From Thermoplasmata archaeon (GTDB lineage: Archaea; Thermoplasmatota; Thermoplasmata; Lutacidiplasmatales; UBA184), in contig JAKIVU010000001.1 in NCBI GenBank assembly GCA_022750375.1, forward strand, positions 30,695-94,694: DNA of 64,000 nucleotides. The letters run 5' to 3'. Numbering within the stretch: the stretch's first letter is position 1; every line of letters starts with the position of its first letter. The position numbers and the translations under genes were made by a program. Below the pieces are notes generated by a model that did no database searches, had not been told where the DNA came from, and saw only the letters and a list, made by a program, of their open reading frames with translations. Of this stretch, positions 47,760 through 57,788 are shown piece by piece.

Positions 47760-48725
47760 CTACCGTCGGAACGCAGAGCCACGTTCGAGGCGCTCCGCAG
47801 CCTCCCGAGGGTCGATCTTCCGGGAGACCACGTCGTCCACGACCTTCCTCAGGTCGGGGTCGCGATCCAGGCGCACCGAGAGCTCGCGACCGACCCGCTC
47901 CCGCACCAACTCGACGATCTCGGCGGAGAGCCTCCGTCGTTCCTCGATCCCTCGTTGGCCGGAGCTGTCGAGGAATCGCTCGTGGGTTTCCACGGCGGTC
48001 CAGAGCGCCTCGACGCCGGACGGTTGCGTCGTCGAGGTCGAAACCACAAGGGGAGTCCACCCGGAACGTCCCGCGCCGAGTCCCACCAGCTCCGAGAGGT
48101 CCTTCCGTGCGAGGTCCGCGCCGGGGAGGTCGGCTTTGTTCACGCAGAACACATCGGCGATCTCGAAAAGGCCGGCTTTCAGCGTCTGCACTTCGTCTCC
48201 CAAGTGGGGCACGAGCACGACCACGCTCGTCGACGCGATGTCGCGGATCGCGATATCCACCTGGCCGCTGCCCACCGTCTCGACGAGCACCACGTCGAAT
48301 CCGGCCGCATCCATGAGCCGGGCGACCTCGCGCGTGGCGGCGGCGACCCCTCCGGCTTCCCCCCGACTCGCCATGGACCGGAAGAATACGCCGGCGTCGT
48401 CTGCCCGTCGCTCGAATCGGATCCGGTCCCCGAGCACCGAGCCCCCGGAGAAGGGGCTCGACGGGTCGACGGCGACCACGCCCACCGAACGGTCGAGTTC
48501 GCGTAAGCGCGCGACGATCAGGTTGATCAGGCTCGATTTGCCCACCCCGAGGGGGCCGGTGATCCCGATGATCGGGGTCCCGCCGGTTTTCGGGTAGAGG
48601 GCGCGGGAGATCGCAGCGACCTTCGGGTCGCGATTCTCCACCTGGGAGATGACGCGGGCGAGCGCACGACGGTCCCCGTCGAGGATCGCCCGCGCTGCGG
48701 GCGGCATCCGGGCCGCGCGCGTCAT
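47760..48725 (-). CDS. meaB: Methylmalonyl-CoA mutase-associated GTPase MeaB
   Basis: [29 protein letters not shown]. Confidence 0.93.
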   Translation of the reverse strand: MTRAARMPPAARAILDGDRRALARVISQVENRDPKVAAISRALYPKTGGTPIIGITGPLGVGKSSLINLIVARLRELDRSVGVVAVDPSSPFSGGSVLGDRIRFERRADDAGVFFRSMASRGEAGGVAAATREVARLMDAAGFDVVLVETVGSGQVDIAIRDIASTSVVVLVPHLGDEVQTLKAGLFEIADVFCVNKADLPGADLARKDLSELVGLGAGRSGWTPLVVSTSTTQPSGVEALWTAVETHERFLDSSGQRGIEERRRLSAEIVELVRERVGRELSVRLDRDPDLRKVVDDVVSRKIDPREAAERLERGSAFRR

Positions 48726-49138
48726 GCCGCGCTGCGCGCGAGCCTCTGCGCGGTCGTGACGATCTCCTGGAGCGTGGTGCCCGGACCGAAGATGGCGCGG
48801 ATACCGGCCTTCTTCAACCGCCGGGCATCTTCGTCGGGGATGATCCCTCCGGCGAAGACTGGGATGTCCCCGGCCTTCTCCTTCTTCAGCAACGCGAGGA
48901 CCTTCGGGAAGAGCGCCATGTGGGCCCCCGAGAGGATCGAGAGTCCGATCAGGTCGACGTCCTCCTCGAGCGCCGCGCGGACGATCTCCTCGGGCGTCTG
49001 CCGCAAGCCCGCGTAGATGACCTCGAATCCGGCGTCGCGAAGTGCCCGGGCGACGACCTTGGCCCCCCGGTCGTGTCCGTCCAGACCGGGCTTCGCGATG
49101 AGGACCCGAATCGGCGCAGCCTTCGAAGTGCGGTTCAT
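48722..49138 (-). CDS. Methylmalonyl-CoA mutase B12-binding subunit
   Basis: [20 protein letters not shown]. Confidence 0.93.
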   Translation of the reverse strand: MNRTSKAAPIRVLIAKPGLDGHDRGAKVVARALRDAGFEVIYAGLRQTPEEIVRAALEEDVDLIGLSILSGAHMALFPKVLALLKKEKAGDIPVFAGGIIPDEDARRLKKAGIRAIFGPGTTLQEIVTTAQRLARSAA

Positions 49139-49223
49139 CGACCCAGCTCCGTAAACCGACCGGGCCCGTGGAAAAAAGCTTTGGTGTTGGTCCGCTGGGC
49201 CCGGCTCTTGCTCGGATGACTCA

Positions 49224-50105
49224 TCACAGATGCACGAGGAGGTCGAGCACGAGGTTCCCGGCGAGGAGCGCGGTGACCGAGCCGGCCGCCATCAGTACGA
49301 GGAACGGGATCTGCGGGGTGACCCAAACCCGGTCCACTCCCTTCGCTTCCAGCTCGTGAGCGACTCGAATGCGCTCCTGACGATCCTCTTCTGACGTCTC
49401 GGCGGCCGGGGTATCGTCGTCGCCGCCGCTCAGCGGGTCCTTCAGCCAGACAAAGCTGTCGGGCAGCTCGCGCACCGGGATCATGTACCCGGAGAACCCA
49501 CGGGGGAATCGAAACTCCCCCCGCACGACGTTCCGGATCCCGATGGCGACCGGGATGACGACGGAGATCAGGGCGGCGTCCATGAGGAGGTTGATCGAAA
49601 AGGGCAGGACCGTCAGCAAGGTCGCGACCTCCGCCGACTGGGGCAGCAGCGGCGAGGCGAATACCGGGACGAGCACCCCGGCGATCATCAGGGCCTTCGC
49701 GTCGGCTCCTCCGTACAACACCCCGAGTTCGAACAGCGCCCGCGCGAAGAGGACCGTCAGCAGCAGCGCGAGGACCGGCACGGGGACCTGGTCGGCGCCC
49801 ACTCCGACCCGCCACACGGCGACGCCGACGAGCAGGATGGCCGCGAGATACCCCACACCCTCGATCGGGTCGGCGTATCGGGCGACCGCCGCGCCGAGCA
49901 CGTCGTCCCAAGGGAAGAGATGCTGCAGTGTGAAGAGCCCGACCACGACCCACAGGAGCACCGGGACCCAGCCACTCGGCGCGACGGAGACCGCTCCCAG
50001 GAGCACACCGACTCCACCCATGAGTTGCCAGAGGCGGTCGGTGACCTCCCGGTCGCGCAGGTCGGCAAACCCCGCATACGCAAACCCTGCCAGGAGGACG
50101 ATCAC
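49224..50105 (-). CDS. Prepilin/prearchaellin peptidase (A24, FlaK/PibD-like)
   Basis: [23 protein letters not shown]; true start may lie slightly upstream. Confidence 0.88.
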   Translation of the reverse strand: MIVLLAGFAYAGFADLRDREVTDRLWQLMGGVGVLLGAVSVAPSGWVPVLLWVVVGLFTLQHLFPWDDVLGAAVARYADPIEGVGYLAAILLVGVAVWRVGVGADQVPVPVLALLLTVLFARALFELGVLYGGADAKALMIAGVLVPVFASPLLPQSAEVATLLTVLPFSINLLMDAALISVVIPVAIGIRNVVRGEFRFPRGFSGYMIPVRELPDSFVWLKDPLSGGDDDTPAAETSEEDRQERIRVAHELEAKGVDRVWVTPQIPFLVLMAAGSVTALLAGNLVLDLLVHL

Positions 50106-50259
50106 GTCGACGATGAGGAGCGCCTCCTCGACGCTCGTCAGTAACGTGCACCCCCCGTCGGTCGTTGCGACGGTGAGCCCTCCTCTTAAGGGCGAGGCCC
50201 GGCGAGAACGTCGGGAGGCTCCGCCGTGCTTTTCTAACCTCGTCCGCTAGTAGGCTGCG

Positions 50260-51180
50260 ATGAGTTCCGCCGGACCGCCGATCGTCCATTCTGCCTCCCC
50301 GTCCGACGCTCCGTCGGGACCTTCCCACCCGCCCTCGCTCCGCGGATGGCTCGTTCCGGTCGTGGTCGTCGCCGTCATCGCCCTCGTGGTCCTCGCCGCG
50401 TTGTTCGCGACGGGTACGATCCGGCTCGGAGCGTCGAACTCATCGAACCCGACGTACGAGACCTTCTCCCAGGCGCAATCTGTCGCCGACGGCGGCGCCG
50501 GTTCGGTCGCGGGCGGACCCTGGTTCGCCGAAGTCGGTGTGGGGGTCGCCACTCCTACCGCAGTGCTGGAACCGACGACCAATCTCTCGGGACTGTTTCA
50601 GGACCTCAACTGTTCCTTCGACTGGCCCACGGGCGAGCCCGCGAACCTGGAAGTACCCGCGACCCCCGCTTCGGCCTCCATCGGGACCGCGGCGTTCTGG
50701 GCGTTCGGCCTGAAGAATACCTCGAATGGCCTCCTCGTCGAGACCGTCTCGGACGGAGTCTCCACGGCCCTCCTCGAAGCATCGGGCGCGAAGTGCGCGG
50801 AGGGGGTCGGCTCGATCGCCCAATTCAGTTCGGCCATCATCGACTCTCCGACGATCGTCGCGACGGCGAACCAGGCCGGAGGGTCCGCGTTCCTCCTGGC
50901 CCACCCGAACTCGACGATGGTATGGGGCGTGTTCGGCGGCTTCCAACTCGGTCTCTTCGGGAGCACGAGTCCTGAGTGGGGCGTCGAGTACACTTCGTGT
51001 GTGCTGCCCTTATCTGCGGGCGAGACCGGAGATTCGTTCAACGCAACGATCGGTGGGACCTCGGGTGCCCTGCTGAGTTCGGCGACAGGAGCCACGAACT
51101 GCGATCTGACACTACCGAGCGGACTCGGCGTGACACTGCTCGCCCACACCTCGGCGGCGGGCGCCCGAAAAGCTATTTAA
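50260..51180 (+). CDS. Membrane-anchored extracellular protein
   Basis: N-terminal TM; S/T/G/A-rich with paired Cys. Confidence 0.7.
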   Translation: MSSAGPPIVHSASPSDAPSGPSHPPSLRGWLVPVVVVAVIALVVLAALFATGTIRLGASNSSNPTYETFSQAQSVADGGAGSVAGGPWFAEVGVGVATPTAVLEPTTNLSGLFQDLNCSFDWPTGEPANLEVPATPASASIGTAAFWAFGLKNTSNGLLVETVSDGVSTALLEASGAKCAEGVGSIAQFSSAIIDSPTIVATANQAGGSAFLLAHPNSTMVWGVFGGFQLGLFGSTSPEWGVEYTSCVLPLSAGETGDSFNATIGGTSGALLSSATGATNCDLTLPSGLGVTLLAHTSAAGARKAI

Positions 51181-51217
51181 ATAGCCTCCAACTGCGCGCC
51201 CGCACCCTAGGGGTTTC

Positions 51218-51595
51218 ATGGTCGAGTACAAGCTCGTCATCTCCGAACGCGAGACGTCGATCGCCCGCACGGTCGGCGACCCGCAGGCCGCCGGTTTCTT
51301 GGGCAAGCGGATCGGCGAAACGATCGGAGGCGAGCTGATCGGTGCGACGGGCTACACGTTCCGGATCACCGGAGGGACCGACAAGAGCGGTTTCCCTCTC
51401 CGCCCGGACCTACCGGGGGCGCGCCAGACCCGCCTGTACGTCGGGGAAGGCTTTGGATTCCACGCCCCGCGCGCGGGGATGCGGCGACGTCGAACGTTCC
51501 GCGGCAACACGGTCAGCGAAGACACCGTCCAGATCAACCTGATCGTGGAGCAGAAAGGCGGGAAACCGCTCGCGGAGCTTCTCGCCGCTTCATGA
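51218..51595 (+). CDS. rps6e: 30S ribosomal protein S6e
   Basis: ITGGTDKSGFP, RGN, QINL. Confidence 0.95.
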   Translation: MVEYKLVISERETSIARTVGDPQAAGFLGKRIGETIGGELIGATGYTFRITGGTDKSGFPLRPDLPGARQTRLYVGEGFGFHAPRAGMRRRRTFRGNTVSEDTVQINLIVEQKGGKPLAELLAAS

Positions 51596-52827
51596 AGGTC
51601 CCACGACAGCCCGAGGTCAACATCGGTCTCGTGGGCCACGTCGACCACGGGAAGACGACCCTCACGCAAGCGCTGACCGGGGAATGGACCGACCGCCACT
51701 CCGAGGAACTGAAGCGCGGCATCTCGATCAAGCTCGGCTACGCAGACGCGGCGTTCTATTCTTGCCCTAAGCTCCCACCGCCGTCGAACTACACGACCGA
51801 GCCGGTCTGTCCCGACGACGGAGGCGACGCGAAGTTCGTCCGCTCGGTCTCGTTCGTGGATGCCCCGGGCCACGAGACGCTCATGGAGACGATGCTCTCG
51901 GGCGCCGCGATCATGGACGGGGCGTTGCTGCTCGTGGCGGCGAACGAGAAGGTTCCCCAACCCCAGACTCGGGAGCACCTCTATGCCCTCGACATCATCG
52001 GCGTCCGGAAGGTCGTCGTCGTCCAGAACAAGATCGACCTGATCACACCCGAGGCGGCGGAGACGAACTATCGCGAGATCGTGGAGTTTCTCAAGAGTTC
52101 GCCGATCTCGGAAGCCCCGATCATTCCGATCAGTGCGAACCACCGTGTCAACATCGACGCGCTCATCGGGGCGATTGAAGAAACGATCCCCACTCCGGTC
52201 CGAGACACCTCCAAACCCCCCCTCATGTACGTCGCGCGCTCGTTCGACATCAATCGCCCGGGGACGCGGCCCCGCGACCTGCAGGGAGGAGTCCTTGGGG
52301 GTTCGCTGATCCAAGGAAAGATCTCCCTCGGGGAGGAGATCGAGATCCGCCCGGGACCGAGCGGCGCCACGGAGGGACGGGCCGAGTCGTTGACGACCAA
52401 GGTAACCTCCATCATCTCCGGCGGCCGGGAGTGGAAGGAGTTGCGGCCGGGCGGGCTCGCCGCGATCGGAACGGACCTCGACCCCGCGCTCGCGAAGGGG
52501 GACGGCCTCACCGGCCGCCTCGTCGGAACCGCGGGGACGCTTCCCCCGGTGAGCCAGAAGATCCGGCTCAAGGCGACGTTGCTCGACCGGGTCCTCGGCG
52601 CACAACGCGAGATCAAGGTCGAGAAGATCCGCACCAGCGAGATGCTCGCGGTCACGGTCGGCACGACCGTCGCGAGCGGAAAGGTGACGAGCGCCCGCGG
52701 GAACGAGGTCGAACTTTCCCTCAATCGGTCGGTCACGGTCTTCCCGGGGAGCCGCGTCGCGATCTCACGGAAACTGAACGCCTGGCGACTGATCGGCTAC
52801 GGCATCGTCGAGGGAGGCGCGAAGTGA
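51592..52827 (+). CDS. eif2g: Translation initiation factor 2 gamma subunit
   Basis: GHVDHGKT, RGISIKLGY, DAPGH, NKID, WRLIGYG. Confidence 0.96.
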   Translation: MKVPRQPEVNIGLVGHVDHGKTTLTQALTGEWTDRHSEELKRGISIKLGYADAAFYSCPKLPPPSNYTTEPVCPDDGGDAKFVRSVSFVDAPGHETLMETMLSGAAIMDGALLLVAANEKVPQPQTREHLYALDIIGVRKVVVVQNKIDLITPEAAETNYREIVEFLKSSPISEAPIIPISANHRVNIDALIGAIEETIPTPVRDTSKPPLMYVARSFDINRPGTRPRDLQGGVLGGSLIQGKISLGEEIEIRPGPSGATEGRAESLTTKVTSIISGGREWKELRPGGLAAIGTDLDPALAKGDGLTGRLVGTAGTLPPVSQKIRLKATLLDRVLGAQREIKVEKIRTSEMLAVTVGTTVASGKVTSARGNEVELSLNRSVTVFPGSRVAISRKLNAWRLIGYGIVEGGAK

Positions 52828-53006
52828 GGCCGGACCTCTTGGAGATCCTGCGTTGCCCGGTCTGCCGGGGCGAACTGGGACTCGTCCAGCGACGCACGGA
52901 CGGGGGCGAGATCCTGGAAGGCACCCTCACCTGCGCGAGGTGTAAGGTCGACTATCCGATTCAGGATGGCATCCCGGACCTGTTGCCTCCGGACGAGCGC
53001 GACTGA
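52824..53006 (+). CDS. Trm112-like methyltransferase activator
   Basis: LLEILRCPVC...CARC..YPIQDGIPDLL. Confidence 0.9.
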   Translation: MRPDLLEILRCPVCRGELGLVQRRTDGGEILEGTLTCARCKVDYPIQDGIPDLLPPDERD

Positions 53007-53105
53007 CGGACCCCCGCTCCTCCGCGTCCCGAGCGGCCACCGCCCGCGAGATAGGTCTACCCTTCGAGCCGAAGGGTTAAGCAGGGCCGGGCCGAACGGC
53101 GCCCG

Positions 53106-54443
53106 ATGGCCAGTCGACGGGACTCGGATGACCCGTCCCCCGACACGGACGACGAGGAAGCTTCCGAGAAGGAGTCTCCTCGTTCCCATCGGTCCGAGCG
53201 GCGCCCTTCCGCGCGGCCCGCGCGCCGGCGAGCGCCCGTACGCCGCTGGCGTGCGTCGGACGACAGCGAGGAGGATGAGAACGAGGCCGAGCTGGAGCCG
53301 CCCACAAAGCCCCGAGGGTTCTTTCATCGGGAACCCCGACCCGTATACTGGCGAGCCCGAGATTCGCTCTACTTCGAGCCGTTGGTCGCGGTCGCGATCA
53401 TCGTCGTGCTGCTCGTCGGATTGTACGCGTACACCCAGAACTGGCCCCCGGCGTACGTCGTCGAATCTGCTAGCATGCAACACGGCTCCTCGGACGTGAT
53501 CGGCGTGATCAACACGGGAGACCTCGTCCTCGCCCAGCGACTTCCGACGAACCAGATCACTCCCTACGTGGTGGGCGCCCAAACCGGTTACTCCACATAC
53601 GGCGAGTACGGGGACGTGATCCTCTACTCGGCGAATGGTCAGGGTTCGACCCCCATCATCCACCGGGCGATCCTGTTCTTGGAGTGGGACCCAGTGACGA
53701 CCTCGTACAATGCGACGGACCTCTCCGGCCTGCGTTGCGGAAATGCCACGGGCGCCGTGTACTCGACGCCCGGCACGCTGCACGATTGCGGTCTCACCGG
53801 CCTCACGGGCACGCTTGACCTCTACCGGATCGGGTGGCAGTCGGTCGACGTGAGCATCGACCTCGCCTCCTCCGGTCTCGGTCGACACTCCGGTTTCGTC
53901 ACCATGGGAGACAACAACTTCGTTCCGGTCGGATGCGTCACCGGATGCACCGGCCTCCCCGACCAGGAGACCGGCCTCAGCCCGCTGGTCGAGCCCGGAT
54001 GGATCGTCGGCGTCGCGCGGGGCATGCTTCCGTGGTTTGGTGCCGTGAAATTGTTGCTCGAAGGCAACGCCGGGAGCGTCCCGACCCAATCATGGCAATT
54101 CCTCGGACTCACGGTGATCGGCTTGATCCTTCTCGCTTTCGGAGTCCATTACGCCCTGCGGGCCGAGGGGATCGAGGACGAACGTCGTAAGGACGAGGAG
54201 GCGGCCGCAGCCGATGAGGCCGCCGCGGCACCGGAGAGCCGCGGCCGTCGGTTCCTCCGGGCGATCCGGCCTTGGGGCCGGGATGAGGAGGAAGACGAAG
54301 AGGACGAGGGACCACCCCCACCCCGCAAGCACGTGGCGAAGGGTCGCTCGAGGGACCACCGCCGGGGACGCCCTTCCCCGCGGGTCCGTCGCGACGAGAA
54401 GGCGAAACCGAAGGACCGGGCCCCAGAGGACGACGACCTCTGA
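53106..54443 (+). CDS. Signal peptidase I (Sec11-type, Ser-His)
   Basis: VVESASM, TGDL, PIIHR, TMGDNN; charged disordered termini. Confidence 0.88.
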   Translation: MASRRDSDDPSPDTDDEEASEKESPRSHRSERRPSARPARRRAPVRRWRASDDSEEDENEAELEPPTKPRGFFHREPRPVYWRARDSLYFEPLVAVAIIVVLLVGLYAYTQNWPPAYVVESASMQHGSSDVIGVINTGDLVLAQRLPTNQITPYVVGAQTGYSTYGEYGDVILYSANGQGSTPIIHRAILFLEWDPVTTSYNATDLSGLRCGNATGAVYSTPGTLHDCGLTGLTGTLDLYRIGWQSVDVSIDLASSGLGRHSGFVTMGDNNFVPVGCVTGCTGLPDQETGLSPLVEPGWIVGVARGMLPWFGAVKLLLEGNAGSVPTQSWQFLGLTVIGLILLAFGVHYALRAEGIEDERRKDEEAAAADEAAAAPESRGRRFLRAIRPWGRDEEEDEEDEGPPPPRKHVAKGRSRDHRRGRPSPRVRRDEKAKPKDRAPEDDDL

Positions 54444-54530
54444 GTCGCCGGATCCGGCGGGGCCGTCGGCCCCGGCGCCTTCGCAAGCTTTTAGTGTCAA
54501 ATCGGGTCCGGCCCCCGAGGCTTAGGTCGG

Positions 54531-55406
54531 ATGCACGTTATTGGCGGTACCGCGTCGACCTCGCTCGCCGAGCGGATCTCTCGCGAGCTCGGGAACGCCC
54601 CGTTCGCCATCCCGTTCACCAAACGGTTTCCCGACGGGGAGATGTACGTCCGCGTTGGGGGTCGATTCGAGGGCGAGGATGTGGTCGTGGTGCAATCGAC
54701 ACGCACCGACCAGGACCTCGTCGAGCTCTTGCTCCTCGAGGATGCCGTGCGCGAGGCGGGCGCCCGGCGCGTCTTCGTGGTCGTGCCGTATCTCGGCTAT
54801 GCGCGACAAGACCGCCGATTCTTTCCGGGCGAGCCGGTCAGCGCCCGCACGTTCTGTCGTCACCTCGAACTGGATGCGGATGTGGTCGTGACCGTCGACC
54901 TCCATTCGAGCCAGACGCTCACCCACTTTTCGAAGCCCGCGTTCGAGGCCAGCGGGATCCCGGCAATCGCGCGGCTGCTCCGCGAGCGGCCGATCGACCT
55001 GCTCGTCTCTCCCGACCAAGGCGGCGTCGACCGGGCGCGCCGCATGGCCCAACTCCTCGACAAACCATGGTTCGCCCTGCAGAAGAAGCGGCTGGACAGT
55101 GAGCACGTCGAACTTTCGCTCCCGAGCACGCTCCCGGTGGCGATCGAAGGCAAGCAGGTGGTCATCGTCGACGACGTGATCTCGACCGGCGGCACGATCG
55201 TCGAAGCTGCGAAGCTCCTCAAGAAACGGAACGTCGCCGGGATCAGCGCGGCCTGCACGCACGGCCTGTTCTTGCGCGACGCGTTCGAGCGCATCAAGGC
55301 CGTCGCCGACGAGGTCTACTCGACCGACACCCTCGGCAACCCGGCCGAGAAGGCATCGGTCGCGCCCGATATCGCGCAGATCCTCCTGCGCGAGTCGTCC
55401 GCGTAG
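54531..55406 (+). CDS. prs: Ribose-phosphate pyrophosphokinase
   Basis: FPDGE, YARQDR, VDDVISTGGT. Confidence 0.95.
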   Translation: MHVIGGTASTSLAERISRELGNAPFAIPFTKRFPDGEMYVRVGGRFEGEDVVVVQSTRTDQDLVELLLLEDAVREAGARRVFVVVPYLGYARQDRRFFPGEPVSARTFCRHLELDADVVVTVDLHSSQTLTHFSKPAFEASGIPAIARLLRERPIDLLVSPDQGGVDRARRMAQLLDKPWFALQKKRLDSEHVELSLPSTLPVAIEGKQVVIVDDVISTGGTIVEAAKLLKKRNVAGISAACTHGLFLRDAFERIKAVADEVYSTDTLGNPAEKASVAPDIAQILLRESSA

Positions 55407-55421
55407 GAAAGGAGCGGGCCG

Positions 55422-56387
55422 ATGGAGCCTCCCCGACCCGCTCACGATGCACCGGCCGAGGAGCTCCTCGAACTGGTCCACCAGGTCCAACGCGAGCTCC
55501 TTCTTCGGGACGAGGCTCCTACCGGTCCGTGGGTCGAGGAGTCGACCACCGACCTCCGTACCGGCGCGAAGGCCGGATGGTACTATCCGGTCGACAGCGG
55601 TGGCGGCGTCGCGTTCCGGACCGAACGCGAGACGGCTTCGTTCGCGCATGTCCACGTCGGCCCAGGTCCGGGCGCGCTGCCCCGGGCCATCGCCCTGTCG
55701 GAAGTGTTGATCGAGAGTCTCCCCGGCACGATCCAGTCGGTGAGCGTCGGGTTCACCGGCCTCACGACGGAGCAGGAGCAAGCCCTCACCTCACGTCTGT
55801 CCGAACGTCCGGGCTCCACCGTGATCCAACGCTTTGCCATGGAACGGGAGCTTCGCTCGCGAGACGGGGAGGGGCTTCCGCCCGTCCCGGACGCCCTGAC
55901 CCTCGTCCCGATCCGTGACATCTCCCTCGACGCCCTCTCGCTGCTCGACCAGCGTGCGTTTCGTGGGACGACCGACGAGCTGCTGGTCGGTACGGAACTC
56001 GAAGAGTACCGCCGCGTCCTGACGGCCTACTTGAGCGGTACGGTGGGACGGTTCCTCGACGAGGCATCCACCGCGCTCTACCGGGCGGAGCCGCCGACTC
56101 TTGCGGGGGCGATCCTCGCCTGCGAGAAATCCGCGCGTCGCGCGGTGTTCCAGGACTTCATGGTCGACCCGTCGCTCCGTGGCCGGGGGTACGGCGCGTA
56201 CCTCCTCCGCTGGGCGATGCGCGCCCTCTGGGCCCTCGGGTACGAGCGGGTTCGACTGTGGGTGAGCGCGTCGAACGAGCCGGCCCGGCGGCTCTACGAT
56301 TCCGTCGGGTTCTCGGTGACCCACTCCGCGGTCATCTACCGTTGGGACCGGACCCCGCTTCCGCCGCAACCGCAGTCGGCGCGGTAA
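55422..56387 (+). CDS. GNAT acetyltransferase (two-domain)
   Basis: VDPSLRGRGYG, NEPARRLYDSVGF. Confidence 0.85.
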   Translation: MEPPRPAHDAPAEELLELVHQVQRELLLRDEAPTGPWVEESTTDLRTGAKAGWYYPVDSGGGVAFRTERETASFAHVHVGPGPGALPRAIALSEVLIESLPGTIQSVSVGFTGLTTEQEQALTSRLSERPGSTVIQRFAMERELRSRDGEGLPPVPDALTLVPIRDISLDALSLLDQRAFRGTTDELLVGTELEEYRRVLTAYLSGTVGRFLDEASTALYRAEPPTLAGAILACEKSARRAVFQDFMVDPSLRGRGYGAYLLRWAMRALWALGYERVRLWVSASNEPARRLYDSVGFSVTHSAVIYRWDRTPLPPQPQSAR

Positions 56388-57709
56388 GGGCAATCCGAAT
56401 ACATCCAGTCGGCGCAGGCCGGAACCGACTGGGGAGTGTGGGTCGCCAGCGCGGTCTCGAGTTGCTGGACGCGCTCGCGCCAGAGTCGGGATACGGCGCT
56501 TGCCGGAGAGAACTCGTATTCGAAGACCTGGACCCGGTCGCGCTCCTCCACGGCGCGTTCGCGGCCCAGGACGAGCCGACCCCGCGAGGCCCCGGTCGCC
56601 ACGCAACGGAACCCGAGCTCGAGAGCGTACTGCGGCTGAGAGGCAAGGAGCGTCTGGGGCGTGGCGCGGTCCCTGCCCCGCGAAGTGCGGACGAGAAGCG
56701 GAGCGCCGCGAAACGCTCCCACCTCCTCGTCCGGCTCCGTGACTTGGGAGGGGAGGAGCGCGACCTCGCCGAGGGGCCCGCCCTCTACCGCCGCGATCAG
56801 CCGAGCGTACAGATCCGGAGGCTCGGAGGGATCGCGGCGGGACGGCTCGGGAGGGGCCAGTTTCACGGTTCGTTCGAAATACGCGCGCCGAGGATAGAGC
56901 AGCTCGCGAAACCGTGTCAGCGTGGGGGGCCCCGTCGCGTTCGCGGGGACACTCTTCAGGCGCGACTCGATGCGCTCGGCGACGTCGGTCCGTTCCGTGA
57001 GCGACTTCACCTGGGATGCGATCACCGAGGGGCCGGCCTCCTCGGAGTGGACGCAATCGCAGACCGCGGCCGCCTGGAACTCGCAGCCCCGGCCGAACCA
57101 ACGGCACGCGGGGAGGCCACCCGATCGACCGGAGGCCCACGCACGTCGAAGTTCCTCCGCCCGCCGCTGCATCTCACGGCGGATCGGCTCGGTATCTCCG
57201 AAGGCGATGTCCACCGCCTGGATCGCCCCGCCAGGATTCTCCCCGACGACGAGGGTGACCAGGCGACCGTCGGAGCGACCGGAGAGCGCGCAGTACATCG
57301 CCAGCTGCTCCACCTGGTCGGTGCGGGAGGAAGGAAGATCGCTGACCCCGACTGCGCTCGAGCTCGTCTTGACCTCGACGGGGACGTCACTGAACAGGTC
57401 GATCCGCCCAACGATTCCCTCCCGTCGTATCCGGGCCTCCAGGAGTCCTTCGGCGGCGAGTGCGACCCCGAGTCGTCGATGCAACGCTCGACCGAGGTCG
57501 ATTCGCCCCTGTCGTTCCGGGTCGAGTCGTACCGGCGACTTCGCCCGCCAGTAGGCGCGTCGGGGAGCGACCAGGTCAGTAACGCTCACTGCCCGGGGGG
57601 ACGTCACGGGGGGCAATCGCTCGGTGAACAGTCGGGCGAGGTCGACATCCTCGCGGAGCGTGACGGAACTCCGCCAGTCGGGTTCTGGGGCAGACGGGGA
57701 GGCCGACAC
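56336..57709 (-). CDS. Tandem Cas4-like/RecB-family nuclease (active plus degenerate domain)
   Basis: PRRAYW..GRID..EVKT..QLAMY..4 Cys; internal repeat PRRAYF..LVRT..4 Cys. Confidence 0.75.
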   Translation of the reverse strand: MSASPSAPEPDWRSSVTLREDVDLARLFTERLPPVTSPRAVSVTDLVAPRRAYWRAKSPVRLDPERQGRIDLGRALHRRLGVALAAEGLLEARIRREGIVGRIDLFSDVPVEVKTSSSAVGVSDLPSSRTDQVEQLAMYCALSGRSDGRLVTLVVGENPGGAIQAVDIAFGDTEPIRREMQRRAEELRRAWASGRSGGLPACRWFGRGCEFQAAAVCDCVHSEEAGPSVIASQVKSLTERTDVAERIESRLKSVPANATGPPTLTRFRELLYPRRAYFERTVKLAPPEPSRRDPSEPPDLYARLIAAVEGGPLGEVALLPSQVTEPDEEVGAFRGAPLLVRTSRGRDRATPQTLLASQPQYALELGFRCVATGASRGRLVLGRERAVEERDRVQVFEYEFSPASAVSRLWRERVQQLETALATHTPQSVPACADWMYSDCPYRADCGCGGSGVRSQR

Positions 57710-57788
57710 ACCCTCCCAAACTCGGCCCGCTATACGAGCCGACCGGCTCGAGGGTTGCGGCTATTTGCGTGCGCCCGATTCCCCGTCG

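Noticed and set aside
56336-57709. CRISPR-Cas locus
   Set aside because: No repeat-spacer array or other cas genes seen anywhere in the window
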